Source: an uncultured archaeon (GTDB taxonomy: Archaea; Thermoproteota; Bathyarchaeia; Bathyarchaeales; Bathycorpusculaceae). From it: a DNA stretch of 64,000 nucleotides. How positions within the stretch are numbered: position 1 is the first letter of the stretch; every line of letters begins with the position of its first letter. The position numbers and the translations under genes are program-made. Under the pieces are notes generated by a model that worked only from the letters and a program-made list of their open reading frames with translations, was not told the origin of the DNA and searched no databases. The stretch covers positions 128,001 through 192,000 of the forward strand of contig CAWALK010000018.1 of assembly GCA_963782915.1 (NCBI GenBank), given 5' to 3'. Below are positions 1-10,017 of this stretch, piece after piece.

Positions 1-161
1 ATATGCAGGTATATATGTACAGATATATGTTAAGGGTTTTTGCGCTTTATGCATTTAACAGATATGTTAAAGATGCTTGGCTGGGTTGCTGGTTTATACA
101 TGATTGTGTAAGTTAGACTAAAATGAAGCGCTATCTAAGTGGGTATTAACTGGTGAATTAA

Positions 162-386
162 ATGACTAGTAGATTGAAAATATTCGGACTAATTGCCCTT
201 CTGGGTTTCGTTGCCGGCATCATCGCACAGGTCTTTGCAACACAGGTTATCCCATGGATCCAAATCAATTGGCCAGACCTGGGAAGTGTTGTTCCCTACT
301 TGGTCGCAGGGATTGTTGGCGCAATCCTAACAGTAGCGCTTGTCGGCGTCTGGGCATTCATGACCGGCAAAAAAGACCCATACTAA
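162..386 (+). CDS. small membrane protein (2 TM), unknown function
   Basis: 74-aa ORF with two hydrophobic segments; GGTGA SD-like motif upstream. Confidence 0.75.
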   Translation: MTSRLKIFGLIALLGFVAGIIAQVFATQVIPWIQINWPDLGSVVPYLVAGIVGAILTVALVGVWAFMTGKKDPY

Positions 387-460
387 AAAGAGACAAACCA
401 TTCTCTACCTCTTTCTTTGTTAAAAACTAGTTTTATCTTTTCTTTGATTTTTGTTTATAG

Positions 461-915
461 TAGTTGTTGCCGAAAACCCCATATACAACAACAACCAACA
501 GATTGCAAAAAACATCGCTTTTCTGTTTCAGGAGATGTTTTGTTTTGCAAATCGATTGTGCATTATGCCGTAAGCAGCAAGTTTTCAACAAAAACCCCAC
601 CCTTTAGCAGCAAACTTATGCACTTCCCATAGTTATCCCTCAATAGAATGCAGATGTTAGCCATCAGTGCCATTGAATGGGCAATATTTTGTAGGCACCT
701 CAAATTTTGTGATGACTTTTTTATTGTGAGTTGTTGCTGTAGACCCCCCTCTTATTTCAACACAACAACCAACAGGCTTGGCTGCTGTGTCTGTTTTGGC
801 CTCGGCTGGTTTTAACGGTTGCAGGTTGGTTGTAGTGTTATACGCAAGCAGAACAGTTTTAGACTTAGCAGGACCTACCTACCTCAGAGCACCTACCCCC
901 TCCCTTGTATAAAGA
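461..915 (+). repeat. two tandem copies of the dispersed intergenic repeat (family A) followed by a motif-B copy
   Basis: GTTGTTGC-N~17-CAACAAC hairpin at ~463 and ~730, each followed by a tail ending in (C/T)AAGCAG; CCCCTCCCTTGTATAAAG at ~897. Confidence 0.65.
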
Positions 916-1277
916 AAAACACTTGCAGCATAACCCATTGAAGCACCATGCATTCATTGAATATTTGCCGGGCATAAGCAATGCATGTTGAGATTATCTT
1001 GCTCTAAATATACGCCTGCAGGGGCTAGTCTGCAACTTCCCAACAAAACATTATCGAAAACCACGCACCGCCAATAAAACGCCAAACAAGCACCCGCACA
1101 ATGCCTTAGCTTCTCTTACGCAAATAAACACACCAAATCCAACAAGCCGCAGCTAATCGAGCGTTTTTTAAAATTCACCCCACCGAAGGGCCCACGGGTG
1201 GGCCATCACGTGGACCCACAGAGGGTACAATTCAACCCTTCAATTCCAACCGCTATATTGGCTAATGTGATTAAAAA

Positions 1278-1460
1278 ATGAGCCAAGAAACCCCAAAACA
1301 ATACGAACCCACACCCCCAATACAGCAACAGATCAGCCTGCTAAACTTACGCATCAACGACATGATGACCCAACTTAACGCTGTCATGAAGGCAATGATG
1401 GAAGAGAATGCTACTCTCAAAAAAGAAAATGTTGATTTGAAAGCTAAAGCGGAAAATTAG
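1278..1460 (+). CDS. small coiled-coil protein
   Basis: 60 aa with heptad pattern (ISLLNLRINDMMTQLNAVMKAMMEENATLKKEN). Confidence 0.65.
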   Translation: MSQETPKQYEPTPPIQQQISLLNLRINDMMTQLNAVMKAMMEENATLKKENVDLKAKAEN

Positions 1461-1513
1461 GCAAGTCTAAAAAACTTGCTTAAACCTTTTTGCTTAAACC
1501 TTTTTATTTTTTT

Positions 1514-2083
1514 TTATTCTTGTTTTAATGTCGCCGTTTTCTGGTGGAACAAGCACTGCTGCTGAACGGTGGTGGTCCAGAGTCCGTTTTTGTCGCCTGC
1601 TGCGGATTGGGTGGTGTTGTCGGTTTTGATGATTAAGCCAGTGGTTTTGAAGATTTTTTTGCGTTCATCCCATGCTGTTTCGGGGTCGAATTGTATGCCC
1701 ATGGTGGTTGCTAGCATGGTGGCGGCGAGGTCTTCTGCGTAGTCGCCTGCGGTTTCGTCTGTTTGGCCGTAGCTGTGGTGTTCAGAGAGGTAGCCGTACT
1801 GGTTTTTCTCTGAAGGAATAGCTACGCCAACTGAGGATGCTACTAGGCGGTGAGGTTCGTTGGTTGCGTTTCGGGCGATAACTACAAAGGTGATTTCGCC
1901 CGGGTGAATCATTTTTAAGCCTTTTTCTCGGGTGACAAGTTGACAGCCCGGTGGAACGATGGATGATACGCTGACTAGGTTGCACATTTGGATGCCTGCA
2001 TCTCTTAGTGCTAATTCGAATGATTGGAGTTGTTCTTTGTGTTTGCCAACTCCTTTTGTGAAAAAGAAGTATTTTGGTATCAT
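1514..2083 (-). CDS. pdaD: pyruvoyl-dependent arginine decarboxylase
   Basis: [22 protein letters not shown] (Ser-Ser autocleavage site), GYLSEHH; the last ~15 codons are probably indel-shifted. Confidence 0.92.
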   Translation of the reverse strand: MIPKYFFFTKGVGKHKEQLQSFELALRDAGIQMCNLVSVSSIVPPGCQLVTREKGLKMIHPGEITFVVIARNATNEPHRLVASSVGVAIPSEKNQYGYLSEHHSYGQTDETAGDYAEDLAATMLATTMGIQFDPETAWDERKKIFKTTGLIIKTDNTTQSAAGDKNGLWTTTVQQQCLFHQKTATLKQE

Positions 2084-2224
2084 GATGTGTCGGAAAATAT
2101 GGATTGCGGAATGTGTTTATTAGTGTTTTGTTTTGAAAGTACAGTTGTTGTATTCATTAGCTGAATCCAACGGATGTAGGACAAAGAAGGAAAAGAGAAA
2201 AAGGTTAGGCCAAAAAATGGCGGA

Positions 2225-3745
2225 TTATTTGTGTTCTTCTTTGCCGACCTTATTCATTACCAGCGAAAGCAACTCGGGGAAACCGATGAGCAGCAACACC
2301 ACAAGCGCTTCAATGTTTTCGCCCATTACGAACAGCACTGTACCCGTAACAGCCAACGCCCAAATAGGGAAATACATGAAGATGAACTTTGACTTCGACA
2401 CAACCTTCTGCTTAAACCCAATAACAAGCGCCCCAAATGTTATCATGTACACAGTGAATAAGCTGGCTATCACCGATTTTTCAAAATCAAACAGTTCCGT
2501 AAAGTATGAGATTCCGATTAAACCTAAACCTATCGCCGGAATAAGCATAATCAAAAATCTGGTGCTAACATACACACTGCTTGTTCGCTTAAACGGCATA
2601 ACTATAGGCATAGACTTTAGCATACCGGCTTTCTCGATGATCGCGACTTTTTTGCCCATGACTGCAACATAGTCGTCGAGGTGGTCCTGTAAATACGATT
2701 CAGCCTCCAATAACCCGCGGAGGTACTGAACAGATGCCCAAGGCCGAATGTCAAGGTTACCGCCCACGGAGATATCCGTGACTTCACGATTCATGTAGAG
2801 TGTGTCAAATTTTTTGAGAGACTCGGCACCGTCGATTATCGGTTTGATTTGCACACTGCCTGGGACGCATCGAGCATATGTCACAAGCATCAGAAGCATA
2901 AATGGCGCGTTAAACCATGAAAGCCGCTGGTCTAGGCCTTCGCCGAAGTACTTGAGCGTGTAGGTTTCGTTGACTGTGCGCCATCGACCTTCCGCCTCAA
3001 ACTCAGCTATAAACGATTTCAACGCTGGCAGGTACTCTTCTAAGTCTTCGCCGAGTTTATACAGTGTATAGACAGCCATTCTGGTGCTGGCGTTATTGGG
3101 TTCTACAGTGCAATCTGCAGCATTGGGTGTGAAGCCCCATAGGCCCGTATTAGAGTCCTGAGCTGATTTTAGCCAAGCTGCAGCGTTAAGAATCGCGATT
3201 TTGATTTTTTCTTCCTCTGGGAACAAGTCCACCAGTCTTCTGAGCGCCAATAATGTGAGAGCTGTAGCTGATACTAGGCTGTCTTCGTATTTCCAAATGC
3301 TCCAGCCGCCGTCTTCATTTTGGTTTTCCAAAAGCCAATCCTTAGCCCGCTTTATTGACGCCATAACCTCGGCGTCTTCTTTAAAGTAGGACAATGCAAG
3401 GATCGCGCGAGATGTAGTGTCCACGAAGCTGTTTCCGCGGTTAATTAGAGGCCAGCCGTCTCCATAGTCGCCGCCTAGGTTCTGGTGGCGAACCAACCAA
3501 GCTTTGGCACGTTGCACTCGACTATCTGTGAGAGGACGAAGTTTGTATTTTAGTAAAACAAATAATGTCTCGGCAGTCGACCAAACTCCGCCTACATCAT
3601 TTGGTTTTTCAGCACGAAATCCACCGTCATCGTCGTCGCCTGGCTTATCTATTTGCCATGTAAGTACTTCTGTTTCTTTGCGTTTAACCCATTCTGAATA
3701 TACCAAACGTATCCACGGCTCTCTATCAAGCAAGTCTTTAGCCAA
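2225..3745 (-). CDS. prenyltransferase/squalene-cyclase-repeat (alpha/alpha barrel) protein with C-terminal membrane anchor
   Basis: QW-like repeats (RAKAWLVRHQN..GDGW, RAKDWLLENQNEDGGW, AAAWLKSAQDSNTGLWG); 3-4 C-terminal TM helices; start placed at TTG 3745 because the longer ORF overlaps cdc6. Confidence 0.75.
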   Translation of the reverse strand: MAKDLLDREPWIRLVYSEWVKRKETEVLTWQIDKPGDDDDGGFRAEKPNDVGGVWSTAETLFVLLKYKLRPLTDSRVQRAKAWLVRHQNLGGDYGDGWPLINRGNSFVDTTSRAILALSYFKEDAEVMASIKRAKDWLLENQNEDGGWSIWKYEDSLVSATALTLLALRRLVDLFPEEEKIKIAILNAAAWLKSAQDSNTGLWGFTPNAADCTVEPNNASTRMAVYTLYKLGEDLEEYLPALKSFIAEFEAEGRWRTVNETYTLKYFGEGLDQRLSWFNAPFMLLMLVTYARCVPGSVQIKPIIDGAESLKKFDTLYMNREVTDISVGGNLDIRPWASVQYLRGLLEAESYLQDHLDDYVAVMGKKVAIIEKAGMLKSMPIVMPFKRTSSVYVSTRFLIMLIPAIGLGLIGISYFTELFDFEKSVIASLFTVYMITFGALVIGFKQKVVSKSKFIFMYFPIWALAVTGTVLFVMGENIEALVVLLLIGFPELLSLVMNKVGKEEHK

Positions 3746-3817
3746 GAAATCAGTGGAAGTAGTTATAAAGCTTATAGATTCCAAAACAATACAGCATACC
3801 TGAAGGAAATAAAAACT
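3746..3817. promoter_or_regulatory. compact bidirectional promoter
   Basis: TTATAAAGCTTATA gives TATA-like boxes on both strands between divergent genes. Confidence 0.45.
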
Positions 3818-5008
3818 GTGGAGCCGCATCAGAGCATATTCAAAGACGAATCTAAACTGGACATAAACTATGTGCCCCAGCAGCTGCAGCATAGGGAAGC
3901 CCAGCAGCGCCTCCTTCTGGAGTTTTTCGGGTTTATTTTGCGGTGTCCTGAGCGGATGTCGCAGCGGGTAATTTTAACGGGTGACGTGGGCACTGGGAAG
4001 ACGGCGTTAGCTCAGCATTTCGGCGCAACTCTCACGTCTGAAGCTAACAAGAAAGGCCTCAAATTCCGCTATGTTCATGTTAACTGCCGTGAATTCCGTG
4101 GTGCGCTTCAACCGATTCTGCATCGGGCAGTTACGGTTTTTCGCCCCAACTTCCCAGCCAGAGGATATGGAGCAGAAGAAATCCTCGCTACGCTCATGCA
4201 GGTGCTAGATGAGGAAGAAGCCACCATAATTCTAACCCTTGACGAGTTCGACAGTTTAATCGAAAAGGAAGGTTCCGATGCGGTTTACAAACTCACACGA
4301 CTGCAGGAGATGCGGCAAGGGAAACCTCAGCGGCTTTCATTCATTTTTATCATGCGTGACCTGAAACCAACTGAGGGACTGGATGAGAGCGCACGGAGTA
4401 CGCTTCAAAGAAGCATCATTCGTTTGGAACGCTACGGCAAAACCCAGTTGATTGACATCCTAAGTAACCGTGTCAAGTTGGCGTTTGAGTTGGGTGCCGT
4501 GCCAGAAGATGTCGTTGAGTTGGTTGCAGAGTTAGCGTTTTCGGAGACGGGCAACGCAAGATTTGGCATAGAGTTGCTTTGGAGAGCAGGCAAATATGCC
4601 GATGCAAACGACGCAGGCATGCTTGAACCCGAATGCGTACGGTTCGCAGTGTCAAGCATTGTTCCGAGTTTGCGCCGAAGTGAACTTGAATCTTTGGGGT
4701 TGCATGAACGCCTCTTTTTGCTTGCGGTGGCACGTTACTTTAAAGAAAACGAGGAAGTCTATGCTGCCCTCTCAGAACTCGAAAACTCCTACGCAGTCAT
4801 TTGCGAAGAATTTGAGGAGAAACCCAACAGTCACACCCAAATCTGGAATTACGCACAGTACCTCACCAAATTGGGCGTACTGAAAACGGAGGTTGCATCA
4901 GCTGAGACACGAGGCAGAGTTACGCGGGTTTCGTTGCCCAGTATCCCTGCCGAGGAACTTGAGCGCCAGTTAAGCGAAGGGTTGGAGCATGAGCGGAGGC
5001 AAAAATAA
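3818..5008 (+). CDS. cdc6: Orc1/Cdc6 replication initiator (AAA+ plus winged helix)
   Basis: YVPQQLQHRE, Walker A GDVGTGKT, HVNCR, Walker B LDEFD, sensor GNARFGIELL, C-terminal RGR wing. Confidence 0.95.
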   Translation: MEPHQSIFKDESKLDINYVPQQLQHREAQQRLLLEFFGFILRCPERMSQRVILTGDVGTGKTALAQHFGATLTSEANKKGLKFRYVHVNCREFRGALQPILHRAVTVFRPNFPARGYGAEEILATLMQVLDEEEATIILTLDEFDSLIEKEGSDAVYKLTRLQEMRQGKPQRLSFIFIMRDLKPTEGLDESARSTLQRSIIRLERYGKTQLIDILSNRVKLAFELGAVPEDVVELVAELAFSETGNARFGIELLWRAGKYADANDAGMLEPECVRFAVSSIVPSLRRSELESLGLHERLFLLAVARYFKENEEVYAALSELENSYAVICEEFEEKPNSHTQIWNYAQYLTKLGVLKTEVASAETRGRVTRVSLPSIPAEELERQLSEGLEHERRQK

Positions 5009-5270
5009 ACTGGAACTCGAAGAAGTCTTCTCGTCCAAGCCCCGCATGAAAATTCTAAAGCTGATTTACCAACTCGGGCAACTCAACATTTCGGATGTTG
5101 CTAGAAGAATAAAGATGAATTATTCAGCTACCGCTGAGCACCTAAAGATTCTGGAAGCTGAGGGTATAGTTGAAGTGCGGGTTTATGGTCGGATTCACAT
5201 GTACCGCTTCACCGATTCGGAAAAAGCGAAGGCTGTGGCGGCGCTGATTGAGGTATGGGAAAAGCAGTGA
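4989..5270 (+). CDS. ArsR-type winged-helix protein coupled to cdc6
   Basis: SSKPRMKILKLI..LNISDVARR..HLKILEAEGIV; overlaps the end of cdc6. Confidence 0.85.
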   Translation: MSGGKNKLELEEVFSSKPRMKILKLIYQLGQLNISDVARRIKMNYSATAEHLKILEAEGIVEVRVYGRIHMYRFTDSEKAKAVAALIEVWEKQ

Positions 5271-5327
5271 CTTTTAAAAGTGCTTTGGGTTTTTAATTGT
5301 CGTTTAGCTTGCAGTAGTTTTGTTTTA

Positions 5328-5562
5328 GTTGTTGCTGTGACCCCTGCTTTTTTCAACAACATGTTTGCTTGTTAGCAGTAGATAATTGAGGGACCCGCTA
5401 TACTCATCTTCTTCCAGCGGGCTTGACTGTGGTGTCTGTTTGATGGTCTGCGTTTGGGTTGGATTGCAAGTTGGTTGAGGAGATTACCCTAAGCATTGCC
5501 AAAACCAACTTAGAATAAACGTTTGTTGCTCTGCCGAGGTACCCCCTCCCTTATTTATAGGC
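5328..5562 (+). repeat. dispersed repeat, family A plus motif B
   Basis: GTTGTTGCTGTGACCCC..CAACAAC, CGGGCTTGACTG..CTGTTT..GATTGCAAGTTGGTTG, then TTTGTTGCTCTGCC..CCCCCTCCCTTATTTATAG. Confidence 0.7.
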
Positions 5563-5772
5563 AGGCGTTTGCAAGTTTTAGAGATAAATAACTATGCTTG
5601 TGTTAGGGTAATGTTGTTTCTATAGACGATTGTTTGGTGCGGGCTTATTTTTGGGGTGCATATGCAACTGATGGTTTACGATTTGTTTACGACTCTACAC
5701 TGGCTCAGAGAACGCTGATCTAAAACCTGAATAAGAAATTAGCAAGTCCTAAAAAAAGGGCTAAATTTTTCT

Positions 5773-5892
5773 TTATTCCTCTTCGTGTTCTTTTCCTTCA
5801 GCAACGAGTTTCTTGACTTTTTGTCCACCCATCTTTCCTGCTTCTTCAACGGTCATGTCTTTGCTTTTTTTATGTGAACGGTTTTCACTCAA
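5773..5892 (-). CDS. 39-aa GsiB/KGG-type stress micro-protein (absent from ORF track)
   Basis: Translates as MSENRSHKKSKDMTVEEAGKMGGQKVKKLVAEGKEHEEE; TTG start with GGAGGTGA 6 nt upstream. Confidence 0.8.
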   Translation of the reverse strand: MSENRSHKKSKDMTVEEAGKMGGQKVKKLVAEGKEHEEE

Positions 5893-6043
5893 AAAAATTC
5901 ACCTCCGCTAGAACATTGAATGGGTATTCAACCATGTTGGGCACATAAAGCTATGTGACTGCCATACATCAAGAACAGAAAAGCTTGAAAATTGGCGTTT
6001 AATTCAAAAAGCTAAACCAAAAGTACCCTAAACCCGCTAAAAT

Positions 6044-6535
6044 TCAACTATTCTGAGCCTCAGCTTTAACGGTATCCAACATCGCAAACGAGGCTTTTCC
6101 AGTCAAATAACCGCAGAGTTCCCCTGGATTAATAACCAGTGTTTTGCCTTTTTGCTGGATGCTTTTGTTGTGGCTGTGCCCATGAACTACGGCGTTGAAG
6201 TAACCGCTATCTACCAGTGCATTTAGCAGTTCCGCTTCGTCACCGTGCAGCAAGCCGATTCTGTAGCCCTCAACAGTTACCTGTGTGAAGCGGTCATGTA
6301 TTGTGCAGTTGGTGGTTTCGTTAAATCGTTTTGTGAGGAGTTGGTGGTCGCCGTCGTTGTTGCCGAAAACGCCGATGAGGGGGCAATTGAGTTTTTTGAA
6401 GTGTGCGATTGTGAAGGGTGAAACGTAGTCGCCTGCATGGAGCACTAAGCTTACTTTGTGGTCGTTTAGCATTTGCACGGCTTTTTCTATCTGCACCAGA
6501 TTGTCGTGTGAATCTGAAATTGCGCCAATCAGCAT
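6044..6535 (-). CDS. YfcE/MJ0936-family metallophosphoesterase
   Basis: ISDSHDN, HAGD, GNND, HG, GHSH, NPG motifs. Confidence 0.92.
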   Translation of the reverse strand: MLIGAISDSHDNLVQIEKAVQMLNDHKVSLVLHAGDYVSPFTIAHFKKLNCPLIGVFGNNDGDHQLLTKRFNETTNCTIHDRFTQVTVEGYRIGLLHGDEAELLNALVDSGYFNAVVHGHSHNKSIQQKGKTLVINPGELCGYLTGKASFAMLDTVKAEAQNS

Positions 6536-6707
6536 ACGTTTTCACTACTGTTTTTTCTCGCTGGAGCAGATAAAGGCTTTCTATGTAATATGATGCATAA
6601 TATTCAGATTTTGAGTATTAAAGCAGCTAAATCAGAATTAATATTATTAATAATAAAAATTTATAAGCAGAATCAAGACATAAGAGTCGCCTACCGAGGT
6701 AAAATGG

Positions 6708-7013
6708 TTGCTGGATGCAAATCAAAAAAGACGCGACCAACTAAGTATAATCGCTAATATACTTGAAAGCGCAAAAGAAGGCGTTCGAAAAACAAAAATC
6801 ATGCATACGGTTAACTTGAGTTTTGTGCAACTAAACGATTACCTCACGTTTCTGGTAGATAATGGTTTAATACGTCTATCAAGCGATGGGAAAAAAGAAG
6901 TTTACATAGCAACCATCAAAGGGGTTCTTTTTGCCCAAATGTACCGTGAACTAACAAGCATGATAACCACTCAAAACGAAGAAAAAGCGCCTCTCCTAAG
7001 TGAACTTTTTTAG
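6708..7013 (+). CDS. archaeal winged-helix transcription regulator
   Basis: RRDQLSIIANILE..KTKIMHTVNLS..YLTFLVDNGLI..TIKG. Confidence 0.85.
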   Translation: MLDANQKRRDQLSIIANILESAKEGVRKTKIMHTVNLSFVQLNDYLTFLVDNGLIRLSSDGKKEVYIATIKGVLFAQMYRELTSMITTQNEEKAPLLSELF

Positions 7014-7729
7014 AACCGCTCAAGCACAGAGGGCAATTCATTTAGGCGCTTTATGGTTTGGTCTGGGCTAAACTTTTCGGACGCTTTCTGTACCCGCCGC
7101 TCGATATAAACTGCCCTCATGCCCACAGCTTTGGCGCCTTCGATGTCTGCGTCGATTGTGTCGCCGACAAAAACTGCCTCCTCAGGGCATAGGTTCATCA
7201 ATTTTAGGGTGCTTTTGAAGATTTCTTGGCTGGGTTTGCGCTTGTTAATTGCCCCCGAAACCACAACCACTTCAAACAAGTCGTTGATGCCGCTGGTTTT
7301 AAGGAGTTTAACTACGCATTCGGGGATGGCGAAATTTGAGATGACCCCTAACTTGTACTTTTTATGCAACACTTTGAGGGTTTCCTCTGTGTCGGCGTCT
7401 ATGTGGACGTACTTCATGAATTCCTCACAAAACTCACCCGTTGCTGCACAGACGATGGGGCTTGAAACATCATAGTTGTATCCTAAACTGTTCAGCGTAG
7501 CAGCGATGCGTACGTTGAAGTGGGGTTCATCGAAGTTCGAGTCGGCTTTCGCAAAAATCTTGTTGCGTTCACTGATGTAGGTCTGCTCAAACTTTTCAAA
7601 GGGAACATCGACGCCATGCATGTTTAGGTACCTATACATTCGCCTGATTGAAGGTGGATAAAATTCGTGGTCTTTTTCGATGAGCATAATGGTATCGAAC
7701 ATGTCGAATAAGACGGCTTTAATGGGCAT
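7010..7729 (-). CDS. HAD-superfamily hydrolase
   Basis: FDMFDT, ISN, KP, VGDTIDADIEGA. Confidence 0.92.
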   Translation of the reverse strand: MPIKAVLFDMFDTIMLIEKDHEFYPPSIRRMYRYLNMHGVDVPFEKFEQTYISERNKIFAKADSNFDEPHFNVRIAATLNSLGYNYDVSSPIVCAATGEFCEEFMKYVHIDADTEETLKVLHKKYKLGVISNFAIPECVVKLLKTSGINDLFEVVVVSGAINKRKPSQEIFKSTLKLMNLCPEEAVFVGDTIDADIEGAKAVGMRAVYIERRVQKASEKFSPDQTIKRLNELPSVLERF

Positions 7730-9057
7730 CGGTTAAACCTACGTTGGGTTTCGTTGATGGTTTATTGTTGTTGTCGTGGGCTAAAACTCTTTTCTGCCAC
7801 CGCTTCTTAGCCACATAGTAGGTTGAGCCTGCGATTACGAATGCAACGCCGATGAGCCAAGCTTCGGTAGAGGCGAATAGAATGAAACCCAAAAGCATGA
7901 TACAGGTGCCTAAACCCAAGATGGGCAGGAACCGCAGTTTTCTGTTCCCATTTTTGAGTTTGTAGGCTGATATGTTTGTGATAGAATAATTGAGAACCAA
8001 AGCAAAAGTGCTGATTGCCACAACTCTTGTCAGGTCCACAAATAGCACCAACACCGCCATCAAAACACCCGTTCCAACAATCGCATAATAAGGCGTCGAG
8101 AACCTGCCGTTTAGCCGCGCCAACGCCGAGGGCAAATCGTTGCGGCGTGCCATCGAATAAGCCATCCTAGAAACCCCCAAAATCGCGGTCAACAGTACGC
8201 TGGCTGTTGCCACTAAACCGCCGATGGCGACTAACTGCACAGCTAAAGAGTTGCCTGTGACGCCGATGGCTGAACTGAGCGGGGAAGCTGAAGCTGCAAG
8301 CCCATCCGCACCAATCAACCCAACAGCCACCAACCCCACAAGCACATAAATCAGCATCGAAATCCCCAGCGACAACAAAAGCGCCCGTGGCACGTTGCGT
8401 TTGGCATCCTTAATTTCCTCAGCAATTACGGTGACTCTTGCGAAGCCGCCGTAAGCAAAAAAGATGAAAAAAGTCGCATATAAGACTCCGCTTGAAAGAG
8501 GCACAAACGGGGCAAAGTTGGCTGTGTTAACGTTGAAGGCTCCGAAGGCTACAAAGAACGCTAAAACTGCAAGTTTGATGGCGACAAACACGTTGTTAAC
8601 ATTTGCTGATTCTCTTGCACCCAGCAGATTTAAGCCTGTGAAAACCAGACACATGACGGCGGCAACGATGTTGGCGGGCAAACCAGGTATAGCAGAGCCC
8701 TAAATAAAACGCGAAACCAAGCGAAACAGCGGCACCTGTGAAAGTGTTGGCGACAAGCCACATCCACCCAGCCAAAAACCCAGCGTATGGCGAAACCAGT
8801 TGCCGACCATACTCGTACACGCCTCCTTCTACGGGTTGCCAAGCGGTTAATTTGGCGAAGCTAAATGCTGTGATGAATGCGATGATGCCTGCGATTATCA
8901 TGGAGAGGATGAGTGCTGAGCCCGCGTAGCCTGCGGCGATGCCTGTGACGACGAATATTCCGCCGCCTATGATTGCGCCGACGTTGATGGCGACGGCGCT
9001 CCAGAGTCCGATTGAACGCTTTAGGGCGGGGGCTTCTTGTTTTGCCACTGAAATCAC
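7719..9057 (-). CDS. APC-family amino acid permease (one indel near 8690)
   Basis: GAIIGGGIF, GGVYEY, FFAYGGF..AEEIKDAKRNVPRA spread over two frames. Confidence 0.9.
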
Positions 9058-9474
9058 GGCTAAGCAACTGGAATCAAACGTATCTATAAACCTTCCAAGC
9101 GGCTTGAGTGAGCGTTCATTTTTTTCTCTTTATGTAGGTGTGGCGGTTTTTAATTTTCCACAAGACTGCTTGAGGAGTGCGGCTCTGTTTTGGTGGTTGC
9201 AACGTTTTTCAGCGTCTGTTGCGGTGTCGGAATAAGCGTTTTCCGCCACACGCCCAACATGGTTTCATGCAGGGGCGGATTGGATGTGGATGTGGCGCTA
9301 TGTATAAATTGAATTTTTCTCCAAAACTTCCTGCAAGAAAATCCACTCAAAAGGCAACAATACATGGACCCTGCATCGAGTTGTTCATGTTGCGTGGGTG
9401 TTCTTTTTGGGGAACAGGCTGTTCCCTGGGGAGAGCTAAATCGTGGCCCAAACCTATGCATAAGCGGTGATTTA

Positions 9475-10008
9475 ATGAGAAGAAAACTCGCAGCCGCAAC
9501 AGTCATCGCCATAGCCGCAATAGCCCTATTCAGTTACCATTACTGGTTGCTCTCGGACTTTGAAGCAAAAAGCCTGTCCCCCACTCCTACGGCTACTCCT
9601 TGCCCAACACCCACAATTCCACCCTCAACCCCCACTGTAGGGGAACCTAAAGTCACAGTTTCCTTCATTGAGTGGGACCCACACAACAGCTCCTACCCAA
9701 CACAGATAGTCATACTCTATCCACACAACCAAACATACACGGCTGGGTGGTGGCCCGAGTTGCAGGTTGGTGTAAGCTCAAACAATTGGCTTATAAACGG
9801 TGTCTTCTACACTGCGGACTGGCAGGAGGGCTATCAACCAATCTGGTATTATAACTTGGGAGCACGCCAGAATGCACTGTTTGCCAGAGTAACCTTAACT
9901 GGGGTACCTGACGGAACCCACACTATAGTTGTACATGCAAACCTTCACGACGGCTCACATATACAATCATCAGTCACTTTTAGCGTAAACTCTTCTGCTA
10001 AGCCGTAA
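9475..10008 (+). CDS. membrane-anchored surface protein with Pro/Thr linker and Ig-like domain
   Basis: MRRKLAAATVIAI anchor; PT linker; LTGVPDGTHTIVVHA..VTFSV. Confidence 0.7.
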   Translation: MRRKLAAATVIAIAAIALFSYHYWLLSDFEAKSLSPTPTATPCPTPTIPPSTPTVGEPKVTVSFIEWDPHNSSYPTQIVILYPHNQTYTAGWWPELQVGVSSNNWLINGVFYTADWQEGYQPIWYYNLGARQNALFARVTLTGVPDGTHTIVVHANLHDGSHIQSSVTFSVNSSAKP

Positions 10009-10017
10009 TTGAGCCGC

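Noticed and set aside
417-632. 71-aa ORF (also 13332-13523, 38507-38869, 57701-57901)
   Set aside because: They lie across the non-coding repeat family and lack protein-like composition.
461-915. CRISPR array
   Set aside because: Repeats are long, degenerate and dispersed, without regular spacers; no cas genes are present.
2225-3745. Functional squalene-hopene cyclase
   Set aside because: Single barrel, no DxDD catalytic motif, and extra TM helices.
3746-5760. Replication origin with ORB elements next to cdc6
   Set aside because: No convincing repeated TTCCAGTGGAA-type ORB; only a partial CAGTGGAA at ~3751, and the flanking repeats also occur far from cdc6.
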